Shown: piece after piece, positions 48,349-57,765 of the stretch
How the letters are laid out: each line of letters opens with the position of its first letter
Numbering within the stretch: position 1 is the first letter of the stretch
Source of the DNA: an uncultured Candidatus Saccharibacteria bacterium
GTDB taxonomy: Bacteria; Patescibacteriota; Minisyncoccia; UBA6257; 2-01-FULL-56-20
Assembly: GCA_964360585.1 (NCBI GenBank)
Contig: CAYHXC010000002.1
Location: forward strand, 5,641 to 69,640
Reading direction: 5' to 3'
DNA length: 64,000 nucleotides
Program-made: the position numbers and the translations under genes
The notes under the pieces: model-generated
The model's input: the letters and a program-made list of their open reading frames with translations, nothing else
What the model was told of the DNA's origin: nothing
The model's database searches: none

Positions 48349-50163
48349 TCAAAACTCGGTGGTTTCGCGAAGCACATCTTCAAGCGACACCAGTCCCGCC
48401 AGCGCCTTCAAAACGCCATCCTGACGCATCGTCACCATCCCCTGTCGTTTGGCCTCGGCAATCAGTGTTTGCATGGTAAAACTGCCGCTAATCACGGCCT
48501 CAAGTTCCGGCATCATTCGGAAAACTTCGAAGATGGCCATCCGTCCGATCGTTCCCTTCCCCCGACAGACGTTACAGCCAGGCGCATGATAGACGGTATA
48601 GGGTTCTTTGTAGCTGGCCACCAGATCAGGCGATAGTCCGGCAACCGCTTTTTTGATAATCGTCTGGAGCTCTTTCGATCCTTCCTCCGCTTGTTTGCAG
48701 TTTTCACAGAGGCGCAAAGCCAGACGCTGGGCCACCATCAAGTTTAGCGAAGCCGGCAAAAGAAAGGAATCTATTTTCATATCTAATAAGCGCGGAATAA
48801 CGCTCACCGAATTATTGGTGTGGAGCGTGGACAAGACGACATGGCCAGTTAAAGCGGCGTGGACGGCTAAACCGGCAGTTTCAGTGTCGCGAATTTCACC
48901 GACCATAATCACATCCGGATCCTGACGGAGAATCTGGCGCAAGCCGGAAGCAAAATCATACCCAATCTCGGGATGGACCTGCGACTGATTGACGCCGGTC
49001 ACGAAATACTCGACGGGATCCTCAAGACTGACAATGTTCGCGCTTTCTTTGTTCAAGGCTTGGAGCAAGGCATAGAGCGAGGTGCTTTTTCCGGAACCGG
49101 TCGGACCAGTCACGAGCACCATGCCGAACGGCTTGGCCAGACCTTCCTTCACATATTCGGCATTTTTTCCCATGAGACCAAGCTCATCAAAACTTTTGAG
49201 ACCGGTCGTTGGATCCAAAACACGGATGGCTACCTTTTCACCGTGCGGTGTTGGAAATGTCGAAACGCGAAAGTCGATACTTCGATTTGAGACGGTCGTT
49301 CGAAACCGACCATCCTGGGGAATACGCGTCTCGTCAATTTTCAAATTGGAGATAACTTTGATACGCGAGATAACTGGCTGGCCAAGTTCCGGCGGCAGTG
49401 CCGCTTCCTCGCGCAGTTCGCCGTCAACGCGAAGACGGATACGAAGATAGTTTTGTTGCGGCTCGATATGAATATCCGAGGCGCCGCGAGCCACGGCTTC
49501 GCGAAACGTTTCGGCCACGATTCTGATAACCGGCCCATCCTCGGCACCACCCTTTCCCGCTTCGAGACTGATGACATCGCGTTCAGCCACCGATTTCAAA
49601 TTGAGCGACTTAATAGCCGACTCAATCTCGCTCTTGTAGGGCGAGTATTTCTGAAGCACCGCCTGCCAATCGCTCCAGGAAATGAGATAGACGCCGAGAT
49701 TCAGATGCGTCCGCCGGGCGATAAACTTGATCGCCTCCTGGGCTTTCAAGTCATCCGGATTGACCATACCCACCACCAGGAGATCATTTTGTTTTTCAAT
49801 CGGAATAACGCCGTAGGTTCTGACCGTCTCCTCGGGAAAAAGTTCGTAGAGTTCTTTCGTGATATCCTCTACCTTTACTTTTTTATAGGGAACTTTGAGC
49901 GCCTGGGCCTTGAGCTGGGCCAACTTACTGTCGTCAATAAGGCGACGCTCCACAATTACCGCCTCAACCGGCCGTCCAGAAAGTTCAACTTCGCGTTTCA
50001 ACGAAGCCAGCGTGACCTGGTCGAACAGATTGGCCGTCTCAATTTCCTTTAAAAACTTAGAGGATTCCATATAGTAGTAAGTATACTGCGAATTTCTAAA
50101 GGATGCAGTATGAAGGAAGTCTACAGTTCGTGAATAACAAGCTTTGGCCATTTCTTCTGCCAA
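48349..50163 (-). CDS. pilB: type IV pilus assembly ATPase (GspE/PilB family)
   Basis: 604-aa ORF with an N-terminal GSPII domain, Walker A GPTGSGKSTSLYA and a tetracysteine motif CENC...CNVC. Confidence 0.9.
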   Translation of the reverse strand: MAEEMAKACYSRTVDFLHTASFRNSQYTYYYMESSKFLKEIETANLFDQVTLASLKREVELSGRPVEAVIVERRLIDDSKLAQLKAQALKVPYKKVKVEDITKELYELFPEETVRTYGVIPIEKQNDLLVVGMVNPDDLKAQEAIKFIARRTHLNLGVYLISWSDWQAVLQKYSPYKSEIESAIKSLNLKSVAERDVISLEAGKGGAEDGPVIRIVAETFREAVARGASDIHIEPQQNYLRIRLRVDGELREEAALPPELGQPVISRIKVISNLKIDETRIPQDGRFRTTVSNRSIDFRVSTFPTPHGEKVAIRVLDPTTGLKSFDELGLMGKNAEYVKEGLAKPFGMVLVTGPTGSGKSTSLYALLQALNKESANIVSLEDPVEYFVTGVNQSQVHPEIGYDFASGLRQILRQDPDVIMVGEIRDTETAGLAVHAALTGHVVLSTLHTNNSVSVIPRLLDMKIDSFLLPASLNLMVAQRLALRLCENCKQAEEGSKELQTIIKKAVAGLSPDLVASYKEPYTVYHAPGCNVCRGKGTIGRMAIFEVFRMMPELEAVISGSFTMQTLIAEAKRQGMVTMRQDGVLKALAGLVSLEDVLRETTEF

Positions 50164-50690
50164 TTCTTCTTAATGATTCTATCTCGATAGATATCCATCT
50201 TTCTTCGAAAAGTCGGGCTAGGACGAACTTCTAGATTAATTAAATCAGAAATGCCATGAGGTTGAACGAGAACAAGCTTGTCATTCTCGTCGAGCAGAAC
50301 AGCAAGACAGGTCACCGTTTCCGGCCATCGAGAGAGTGCGTCTTCTGAAGAAGTATAGGGGTCGTCGCCATTATCCACATGAAGACGGACTTGATTGTTC
50401 AAGGACCACCTTGGTCCGGGCATCTCTTCGGATAATTTTTCCTGAAGTTTGGTTTCAGTATCCTCACTCACGTCAGTCCGATCAAAATAAATAACATCAA
50501 TATCGTCGAGAGGCGTCCTATCTTTGTAACCATGGAGGTGGTCCCACACTTTATTACGCACGAAACCAGCTCCGATCATAGCGTCAGGAAGTTTTAAATC
50601 CCTCACTGTCTTTAGAATATCCATCATCCACTGATCTTCAGAAATAATGCGTAAAATATCTTTTTCGGTCATACGTTGATATATTGGCAT
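50121..50690 (-). CDS. nucleotidyltransferase-family protein (NTP_transf-like)
   Basis: Contains DILKTVRDLKLPDAMIGAGFVRNKVWD...DIDVIYFD. The start is reassigned to MPIYQRM; the ORF track's N-terminal extension is the translated repeat element C. Confidence 0.5.
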   Translation of the reverse strand: MPIYQRMTEKDILRIISEDQWMMDILKTVRDLKLPDAMIGAGFVRNKVWDHLHGYKDRTPLDDIDVIYFDRTDVSEDTETKLQEKLSEEMPGPRWSLNNQVRLHVDNGDDPYTSSEDALSRWPETVTCLAVLLDENDKLVLVQPHGISDLINLEVRPSPTFRRKMDIYRDRIIKKNWQKKWPKLVIHEL

Positions 50691-50699
50691 AAAATTTGA

Positions 50700-50809
50700 G
50701 TTTAAAAACGATGAGCTACAAGGCTTGGTCGAGTACCGCAAGGGAGCTGTATTAAGCATACAGCGACTGCGGCACGGAGACCGTAACGCAGTAGATCACG
50801 TTTTTAAAC
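50700..50809. ncRNA. copy C of the repeated structured element
   Basis: Lies immediately 3' of the 50815..51132 gene. Pairings are P2 ggtc/gacc and P3 ctgtat/atacag. Confidence 0.6.
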
Positions 50810-50814
50810 TCAAA

Positions 50815-51132
50815 TTACGGTAGGAAGGGATTATCTTTGCCGACCACCCCCTCCCCCGGCGGCTGAACATAGGTTGTTCGCGTAGTGAAAGCCGGATTCT
50901 GAAAAACTTTAGTATTCAGTTCAATCTGGGCCACCTGGACAGTTTGTCGAAAACTCGCCGGTCCAACGGTATTAATAATCTCGGGATTTTTAAAGAAAAT
51001 GAGATAGACGGCCAAAATAATCGTGACGATAATCACCAGCCAGCCGATTAAGACGATCACGCTCCCCTGGTCCCGTTCTTCTTCGACAACAATAGCCATA
51101 TCAGATAGTAGAAATTCGACTGAGAATCCCAA
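50815..51132 (-). CDS. small single-TM protein (pilus-locus associated)
   Basis: 105-aa ORF with a TM helix VIVLIGWLVIIVTIILAVYLIFF. Confidence 0.4.
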   Translation of the reverse strand: MGFSVEFLLSDMAIVVEEERDQGSVIVLIGWLVIIVTIILAVYLIFFKNPEIINTVGPASFRQTVQVAQIELNTKVFQNPAFTTRTTYVQPPGEGVVGKDNPFLP

Positions 51133-51231
51133 AGATTATCAGGGCTTTAGTTCGACTATGGAAAGAAAATATCATTGTTCAGTATGTTTTAGATAATAAC
51201 GGAATTGTCGAATTTTCACTACCTGACATAG

Positions 51232-51849
51232 TTACATTTGTTGATAATATGATACGACCTCAGCGGTGCCGGTAAAAAGATCGACGCCGGCTTTGGCGCC
51301 GAGCGGCTGAAGGTTGGCAGAGCGGATTTCCATGAGGAGCACGTTGTTTTCGATCCGAGAAAAGAAGTCCTTCACCTGATTATACGATCCCGTAAAGGCA
51401 ACCCGAAAGGTGAGGGTGCCTACAGGCTTCACCAGCGGTTTGGTTGAAGGGATGAGCGCGGAACGATTGACCTCCGGCGTAATATTCTGAAGCGAGAGAC
51501 CGCTTAAACGAACCAAGCCTTCCAGCTGAACCAGCGAACTGCTTAAGTCCGGTCCCAAAGGAAGCGTAGCCGAAAGCGCGTTTCTCAAATTGCCGGCGCT
51601 GTCACCCGTATAATTATCAATCAGTTTCAAAACATTATTGACCGCCGGTTTCTGCTCGGCTAAAAACTTATTGTATCCATTCCGCTCTCCAATTGTTTTC
51701 TGAAGATTCTCATAGGCCGGCTGGGTCAGTTCAAAATAAACGACAAACGAACCGAGTATAAAGACAAGGGCAAAGGCCATGCTGGCGAGTCGTTTTGTTC
51801 CTTGTTTCATATTATTGGGCGGAAGTTGAAGTGGTCGACGATGTTGCAA
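51232..51849 (-). CDS. PilO-like pilus assembly protein
   Basis: N-terminal TM helix followed by a periplasmic coiled-coil and ferredoxin-like region, in pilMNO synteny. Confidence 0.5.
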   Translation of the reverse strand: MQHRRPLQLPPNNMKQGTKRLASMAFALVFILGSFVVYFELTQPAYENLQKTIGERNGYNKFLAEQKPAVNNVLKLIDNYTGDSAGNLRNALSATLPLGPDLSSSLVQLEGLVRLSGLSLQNITPEVNRSALIPSTKPLVKPVGTLTFRVAFTGSYNQVKDFFSRIENNVLLMEIRSANLQPLGAKAGVDLFTGTAEVVSYYQQM

Positions 51850-52483
51850 CGCCAGGAACAGTGGTCGAAGCCGGAGTACCGATTGGAAGATCAGTCGTCG
51901 GCTCGCTTGCCTCTATCGTTTCACTCGTCATGGCAGAAGCAAAAAAGCTAGGAGTCATAGTGAGGGTGATCGAGAATGTCCAAACGCCCGATTTTTGATC
52001 GAGAGAAAGCTGTGTCAGTTGCGAACTCTTGACTAATGATTGCGATTTAAATCGATTCAGCTGTTCGCCCAAATTGACAATTGAACGCGCCTGTCCGCCA
52101 AGCGTCATTGTTTTATTCGTGCCGTTAAAAACAAAACTCACGAGCTGCACATTGACGTTGGTGTTTTCCTCGAGCCAGGAAAAAGATTTTGAGGGCATGC
52201 TCTGTTTTTTGAGCAGTGTGCTCAAGTTATCAAGCTGGGAATAAAAAGAAATGAGCTCGTCCTGATCGCGTTCCGGAACCTGCTTGCTAAAATCAGCAAT
52301 TTCCTTTTCCAAGCCGGCAATCTGATTTTCTAAATATGGTTTGTAGCCAAACTGAATGCCGAGATAGATTCCGAAACTCAAAATAAAAAATGTGGCGCTA
52401 AAAAGAAGCACGCGGCTTGACCAGCCCGGCGTCCGTGCCGGCGCTCGGCTTAACTGATCAACAACTTTTGAGGGAAGGGCCAT
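51812..52483 (-). CDS. PilN-like pilus assembly protein
   Basis: N-terminal TM helix with a coiled-coil, directly downstream of pilM. The C-terminus is Thr/Ser-rich. Confidence 0.5.
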   Translation of the reverse strand: MALPSKVVDQLSRAPARTPGWSSRVLLFSATFFILSFGIYLGIQFGYKPYLENQIAGLEKEIADFSKQVPERDQDELISFYSQLDNLSTLLKKQSMPSKSFSWLEENTNVNVQLVSFVFNGTNKTMTLGGQARSIVNLGEQLNRFKSQSLVKSSQLTQLSLDQKSGVWTFSITLTMTPSFFASAMTSETIEASEPTTDLPIGTPASTTVPGVATSSTTSTSAQ

Positions 52484-52550
52484 GAAGAGGTGTCGCGAAT
52501 AATGCTAATGTGAATAAATAATGCGAATAAACTTATAACTCATTTTGATT

Positions 52551-52597
52551 GTACCGTGAGCGCGAAACAGAGATTGTAACGAAGTAGATAAACATTT
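52551..52597. repeat. partial/degenerate copy of the structured element (3' portion only)
   Basis: Sequence ttgattgtaccgtgagcgcgaaacagagattgtaacgaagtag, 3' of pilM. Confidence 0.35.
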
Positions 52598-52607
52598 TAT
52601 GAGCAAA

Positions 52608-53738
52608 TTAGACGAGTTCTTTCATTCCTAGTCCTAATGCCACAGTGAAAAGCGGATTGAGTTGCGGAATGAGCGGTTCCATGAGCGGCGGGTATTCAAA
52701 GCGGAGGAAGGGAGAGGCTTTGACCGTAGGACGACCAAGTTCCCGCTCGACATACTTCTCAATGCCTAAAAGATTCGCTCCTCCACCGGAAAGAATAATC
52801 CGCTCCACGGGCTTCACGTTCGTAAACTGACTACTATAATTAAACTCCTGCTTCTTGACATCTCCTAGTATAGCATCTAAAAACGGCAGCATTATTGTGG
52901 ACAACTCATATTCGGCGCCGCTTCCAACCAGACCCCGTTCCTTCTTCAGCTCCTCTGCCCGACGGGAGTTGATGTTCAAACTCGAGGCCAACGCCTGCGT
53001 GAGCGAGGCGCCGCCAAAATCACTCTGCCCGTTAAACCGCAACTGTCCGCCCTCAAAAAAAGCGATATTGGTCGAACGGGAACCGATATCAACAACCGCC
53101 GTCGGCGTCGGATCATTGCCAACCAGGATTCTGCCCACACTCAAACTTTCGAGTTCCAGCCACCGCAGATTGAGACCAGCTGTCTCAAACACTTTTTTAA
53201 ACTTGGCGATATGCTCGAGCGGCACGGACAAAAGCAAAATTTGTTGATGATGATAGCCTTTGTCGTCGTCGAACTCTCCCACCTTAATCCACTCGAGACT
53301 CACTTCCGATATCGGCAATGGAATATACTGCTTGGCCTGGAAGGCAATCGAGTTCTGCAACTCTCCCGGCGTCATCTCCGGAAGATCGAGCAGGGTGACG
53401 AAAGCGGAAAAAATTGGAAACGAAGCAATCACATCCCGCGTCTGCGGTTTCATCTTGCCGATAATCGATGTCAGAATCTCTGTTGCCTCCTGATCAAACA
53501 GTTTTAAATTGCTGGATTGGATGGCCGAAGTCGGCCGGCCGAGATACTTGCTCTCTTCCGAGAAACCATAGTTCACTACCGCCGGCATTTTTCTCCCCGG
53601 CTTCACTTCAACCACTTTAATCGAGGTCGTCCCGATATCTACGCCCAAATACGACGGAAAAAGATTCCGCCGGAACGAGCGATAGGCCGTCAGTGGATTG
53701 ATCCAGTCGAGCATCGTACTATAGAGTATATCACACAA
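52608..53738 (-). CDS. pilM: type IV pilus assembly ATPase-like protein PilM (actin/HSP70 fold)
   Basis: Contains LGVDIGTTSIKVVEV, a phosphate-1 motif. Confidence 0.8.
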   Translation of the reverse strand: MCDILYSTMLDWINPLTAYRSFRRNLFPSYLGVDIGTTSIKVVEVKPGRKMPAVVNYGFSEESKYLGRPTSAIQSSNLKLFDQEATEILTSIIGKMKPQTRDVIASFPIFSAFVTLLDLPEMTPGELQNSIAFQAKQYIPLPISEVSLEWIKVGEFDDDKGYHHQQILLLSVPLEHIAKFKKVFETAGLNLRWLELESLSVGRILVGNDPTPTAVVDIGSRSTNIAFFEGGQLRFNGQSDFGGASLTQALASSLNINSRRAEELKKERGLVGSGAEYELSTIMLPFLDAILGDVKKQEFNYSSQFTNVKPVERIILSGGGANLLGIEKYVERELGRPTVKASPFLRFEYPPLMEPLIPQLNPLFTVALGLGMKELV

Positions 53739-53752
53739 ATTGCCCTCATTTT

Positions 53753-54454
53753 ATGCGAATTTTCGGCGCCATCATCGATAGTCTCTTCCCTGCTCGCTGC
53801 ATTCGGTGTGAAAAAAATATTCCTCGTCAGGAAGATGCGCTTTGTTCCGATTGTTTGGAAACAATCACACTCCCCAACACACTTTTCTGCGGCACCTGCG
53901 GCGCGCGACTGCCAGCCGCCAAAAAAATCTGCCATCGCGATACGCCCTACATTCTCGGAAGCATCGCCGAGTACGAAGATCCGACCATCAAAAAACTGAT
54001 TCACGCCCTGAAGTTCAAACGACTGAAACCAGTTAGTGTTTTTTTAGGCAACCTTCTGGTCGCCTATGTTGAGAATCTCAACCCTCCATTCGTCTTGACC
54101 GAGGAAACGATTATTATTCCTCTTCCTTTGAGCAAGGAACGGCTCCGTGAACGCGGGTTCAACCAGGCCGCGCTTATCGCCAAAACGTTTGCTGAAAATG
54201 TACACCTCCCGATGCTCGAAGATGTTTTAATCCGCACCCGACACTCGAAACCGCAAAGCCAGACGGAAAACGTGAAGGATCGCGAGGAAAATGTCCATGA
54301 TGCCTTTCACGTTGTGCGGCCGGAGATGATCGCGGGTAAAAAACTGATTGTGATTGACGATGTGACCACAACCGGCGCCACCCTCCGGAGCGCCTCGAAA
54401 GTACTAAAACAAAACGGCGCGAAAGAAATCCTCGCACTCACCATCGCGCGGTAG
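53753..54454 (+). CDS. comF: ComF-family phosphoribosyltransferase (competence protein F)
   Basis: N-terminal Cys4 zinc ribbon (CIRCEK...CSDC...CGTCG) and the PRTase motif KLIVIDDVTTTGATL. Confidence 0.85.
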   Translation: MRIFGAIIDSLFPARCIRCEKNIPRQEDALCSDCLETITLPNTLFCGTCGARLPAAKKICHRDTPYILGSIAEYEDPTIKKLIHALKFKRLKPVSVFLGNLLVAYVENLNPPFVLTEETIIIPLPLSKERLRERGFNQAALIAKTFAENVHLPMLEDVLIRTRHSKPQSQTENVKDREENVHDAFHVVRPEMIAGKKLIVIDDVTTTGATLRSASKVLKQNGAKEILALTIAR

Positions 54455-54457
54455 AGA

Positions 54458-54949
54458 TTGTGCTATAGTAAATGCATGGATGAACGAGAAACTATTTCCT
54501 GGGAAGCGCCGGAATTTGAACACCACGAAAAGGACGTTCTCTGGGCCTGGGGTTCGATTATTCTGGCTGTCGTCGTGCTTGCGTTTGCGATTATAAACCG
54601 CAACTTTCTGTTCGCCATTTTTATTGTTATCGCCGAAGTTTTGATTCTCACCTGGGGCCACCGCGAACCGCGCGACCTTACCTTTGAAATAGATGAAAAA
54701 AATCTTGTGATTGCCGGCCGCGAACGCCACGCTCTCCGCGATCTCGACCACTTCGGCTTCATTGACTTAGGAGAACAGCATGAGCTCGTTGAACTCGGCC
54801 TCGTCTTCAAAAAATTCCGTCCGATCATCCGTATCCTCGTGCCGCGCTCGTCCGTAAAGACTGTTGGTGATCGCCTGAAACTCTACGGCCGCAAAGCCGA
54901 GATGGAACCGACCGTAGTTGATATCATGGAGCGCCTTCTTCGGTTTTAG
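54458..54949 (+). CDS. hypothetical membrane protein
   Basis: 163-aa ORF with two TM helices. Confidence 0.45.
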   Translation: MCYSKCMDERETISWEAPEFEHHEKDVLWAWGSIILAVVVLAFAIINRNFLFAIFIVIAEVLILTWGHREPRDLTFEIDEKNLVIAGRERHALRDLDHFGFIDLGEQHELVELGLVFKKFRPIIRILVPRSSVKTVGDRLKLYGRKAEMEPTVVDIMERLLRF

Positions 54950-54953
54950 GTTG

Positions 54954-55025
54954 TGCGCTCGGTAGGAATCGAACCTGCATTACGGGATTCGCAATCCCGT
55001 GTCCTATCCGTTGAACGACGAGCGC
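54954..55025 (-). tRNA. tRNA-Arg (anticodon GCG), atypical
   Basis: Minus strand reads GCGCTCGTCGTTCAACGGATAGGACACGGGATTGCGAATCCCGTAATGCAGGTTCGATTCCTACCGAGCGCA. The T-stem has a C-A mismatch. Confidence 0.55.
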
Positions 55026-55233
55026 AAGGTCGTTTCCGCAGTCAGCTGGAAAGCGGAAGCGACTATTTCTTATACCGTATTTTATACGTTGAGGCAATCT
55101 ATCTTCTCGTCCAAAACACGCAATTACGCCGGAGGCGGATCTGTATGGTCAGCGCCAATACCAGAAGGATTAAAGAAAAGGTCTTGGTCTGGATTGATTT
55201 ACTAAGCAAAGCACTATACTATAATTCGACATC

Positions 55234-55305
55234 GCGGGAGTAGTTCAGAGGCAGAACGTCTCGTTGCCAACGAGAAGATCGCGGGTTCGAATCCCGTCTC
55301 CCGCT
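55234..55305 (+). tRNA. tRNA-Gly (anticodon GCC)
   Basis: Sequence GCGGGAGTAGTTCAGAGGCAGAACGTCTCGTTGCCAACGAGAAGATCGCGGGTTCGAATCCCGTCTCCCGCT. Confidence 0.85.
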
Positions 55306-55587
55306 CACTTCTTCGCTCCTTATGGAGCTACGAAGTGCAGGCCATTAACTTGCACTTCGGTATGATTGATGGCGAAGAAGTACTCTTCATAGCCTTCGCC
55401 TTGCCGAAGCCAGAGGCGAAGTGCAGGTTGGCGAAGAATGGGCCTTACTTCAACCCGCAGTCCAAAAGAACATAAATCTGGTTTATAATAACTACATAAG
55501 GCCGGCGGGAAGGACCGGAGGTATTATCGAAAATACCTTCATTTTCTCTCGTTTTTTCGTAACCAAAGACATATTTTATCGTTATCT

Positions 55588-56124
55588 ATGATAGATGGTG
55601 AAGAAGACATCATAAAAAGCGCCATCCAGGGCGAGGCCTCGGCCTTCGGCTTACTCTACAAGCACTATCAGCCGAGTATCTATCGGTTCGTATACTTGAA
55701 AGTCGGCCGTCGTGAGGAGGCCGAGGACCTCACCCATCACGTTTTCCTGAAGGCTTGGCAGAATATCGAAAACTTCAAACCCCGTGGCTTCCCCTTCTCG
55801 AGCTGGCTCTACCGTATGGCCCGGAATCAAGTCATTGATTTCTACCGCACGGCCAAAGGGAACATCTCGATTGACGATCTCGACTCGGACATCTTTAGGT
55901 CGAGCGACGATACGGAAGGTTCATTTGATCTTAGTCTTCTTTTGGCAAGTGCTCGGAAAGCCATCCTCGAGCTCAAGCCGGAGCACCAGGACGTGATCAT
56001 TATGCGTTTTGTGGAAGACCTTTCGGTCAGAGAAGTGGCCGAGGCTCTGAAGAAAAGCGAAGGGGCGGTCAAACTTTTGCAACATCGAGCGATGGAAAAA
56101 TTGCGAGAAATCCTTCATGACTAA
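55588..56124 (+). CDS. RNA polymerase ECF-type sigma factor
   Basis: Region 2 (FGLLYKHYQPSIYRFVYLKVGRREEAEDLTHHVFLKAW) and region 4 (VIIMRFVEDLSVREVAEAL). Confidence 0.9.
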   Translation: MIDGEEDIIKSAIQGEASAFGLLYKHYQPSIYRFVYLKVGRREEAEDLTHHVFLKAWQNIENFKPRGFPFSSWLYRMARNQVIDFYRTAKGNISIDDLDSDIFRSSDDTEGSFDLSLLLASARKAILELKPEHQDVIIMRFVEDLSVREVAEALKKSEGAVKLLQHRAMEKLREILHD

Positions 56125-56596
56125 TCTCGAACACATTTTAAAAAAGCTGAAACACATCGAACCGGAGCAGCACTATGCCGACCGGTCGTTACACACGATT
56201 GTCATGACCCCGCGAACATCGCGAGCTTCGTGGTTTTCCTTTACCTTTTTCCGAGTCGCGGAGTATGGCGCCGCCGTAGCCCTCGTTGGATTATTGCTCG
56301 TCGTCATGCTTGGCAACTCTTCTCTCGTGACTACGTTTTCGCCAATTCAATCCAATAGCTTAAGTTCGGGTGGACTGCGGGCCGAAGCAGAAGCGATTGA
56401 TATCCAGATCAAACTGCTCGACCTTGATTACGAGGAGAGTTCGAGCACGCTTATCAAGAAATCCACCACTCCGATTCTTCGGAAGAAAACCAGCCGACAA
56501 GTGATTGCGCCACTCGAGACAACCACATCAACAATCGCGAACGAATCAACCACTCCCCCAACCGTAGACGAAGTTTTAGACTTACTCGCTGAATGA
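56117..56596 (+). CDS. putative anti-sigma factor (single TM)
   Basis: Overlaps the sigma factor gene stop. It has a cytoplasmic N-terminus, a TM helix AVALVGLLLVVML and a Ser/Thr-rich tail. Confidence 0.45.
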   Translation: MTNLEHILKKLKHIEPEQHYADRSLHTIVMTPRTSRASWFSFTFFRVAEYGAAVALVGLLLVVMLGNSSLVTTFSPIQSNSLSSGGLRAEAEAIDIQIKLLDLDYEESSSTLIKKSTTPILRKKTSRQVIAPLETTTSTIANESTTPPTVDEVLDLLAE

Positions 56597-57345
56597 TAGC
56601 TCTAAAACGCACACATTCTAGAAGCGCTGTTCTGGCAGTGCTCGTTCTCGCCGCTAGTTTGCCGTTTCACGCGAGCGCCCAAGGGCCGCTCTGTGATTTT
56701 GGAACAAAAATAACCGAACTAAAAGCCTTGCAGTCCAGCGGCACAAACGAAGTCGTGGCCGAACTGAATGTCCGAAAAGATCTTTTGAAAATCAGCATCG
56801 GCTGCTTAAAGAAAGAAACGAAGTATTCCGATAGCGAACTCCAAAAGATCGAATCGGATCGTGAAGATATCAAAGCTTTTGCCGAATGGATCCATCGGCA
56901 GATTCAAGAGAATGTCAGCTACTACAACTACAAAGAAACGCAGATCGACAGTTTGGGCTTGAAGGGGGCTAAAGATTTTGCCAAAGAATTAGCGAACCGC
57001 AAAGAGCAGGTGAACACTGTTCTCGACAACTTGGTCGTCAGCCTGACCGACTGGATGAGTAACGAAAATTTATTTAAGACTGGCGAGAAGCGTTTTGCGG
57101 ATATCAAGAAGACACTGAGCGCCTTTAATCTGCCGCACGATCACGAAATCCTTCTCCTAGAAAAAGAAGCGATGGGAATTTTCAATGAAGGAAAGGTAAA
57201 GCATCAGGAAACCTGGAAGGATCTCTCGAACCGAGAGGTTGAAGCTAGCCGAGCCGAAGCCAAAGAGTCATTGGAACTTCTGGCCGAAGCATACGAAGTT
57301 TTCCTTAAGATAAGCGAGGTTAGTAAAAAAACTCTCCCACTTTAA
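56593..57345 (+). CDS. secreted coiled-coil protein
   Basis: Signal peptide MIALKRTHSRSAVLAVLVLAASLPFHASA followed by Lys/Glu-rich helical sequence. Confidence 0.5.
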   Translation: MIALKRTHSRSAVLAVLVLAASLPFHASAQGPLCDFGTKITELKALQSSGTNEVVAELNVRKDLLKISIGCLKKETKYSDSELQKIESDREDIKAFAEWIHRQIQENVSYYNYKETQIDSLGLKGAKDFAKELANRKEQVNTVLDNLVVSLTDWMSNENLFKTGEKRFADIKKTLSAFNLPHDHEILLLEKEAMGIFNEGKVKHQETWKDLSNREVEASRAEAKESLELLAEAYEVFLKISEVSKKTLPL

Positions 57346-57650
57346 CCTTAAAACGCGAAATGCTTCGTTACGGCCTGCGCTCCGCCCTCACATAAATGTG
57401 AACTTCCGCCGAAGGCGGATCCTCCTCCGGAGGACGCTTACGGTGCTCGGCCAAGCCTCGCATTTCATCATTTTATGGCTAAAGTAAAATACACTATCCC
57501 TTCAACATAAAACACCCCGTCTATAGGGGTGTTTTGATTGTTGAATTAAATTCAGATCCAGAATTGTTGATTTTTGGATTTTCTACAAGGCGGCAGTGAG
57601 TACCGAAGCGAGACAGGGAGTTATCAACGGAACTTGATTCTCAAATTTTA

Positions 57651-57760
57651 TTGATAACGCGATGAAATACAAGGCTTGACCGAGTACCGCCCCGAGCAAT
57701 ATTGAAACATATTGTAAGGGCGGAACGCAGGTCGTAACGCAGTAGTTCGCGCGTTATCAA
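57651..57760. ncRNA. copy D of the repeated structured element
   Basis: Lies immediately 3' of hup. Pairings are P1 ttgataacgcg/cgcgttatcaa (11 bp), P2 gacc/ggtc, P3 caatat/atattg and P4 ccgcc/ggcgg. Confidence 0.6.
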
Positions 57761-57765
57761 TAAAA

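Noticed and set aside
50691-50759. N-terminal 23-aa extension of the nucleotidyltransferase ORF (MLNTAPLRYSTKPCSSSFLNSNF)
   Set aside because: It is a translation of the repeated structured element C. The start was moved to MPIYQRM.
40075-57760. Hammerhead/twister-type self-cleaving ribozyme identity for the repeated structured element
   Set aside because: No CUGAnGA...GAAA hammerhead core or recognisable twister, pistol or hatchet consensus was found. Ribozyme function remains possible but unsupported.
40075-57760. Integron attC identity for the repeated element
   Set aside because: Position (3' of each gene, same orientation) and the structure-over-sequence conservation fit. However, no GTTRRRY/RYYYAAC core boxes and no intI gene were found in the window.
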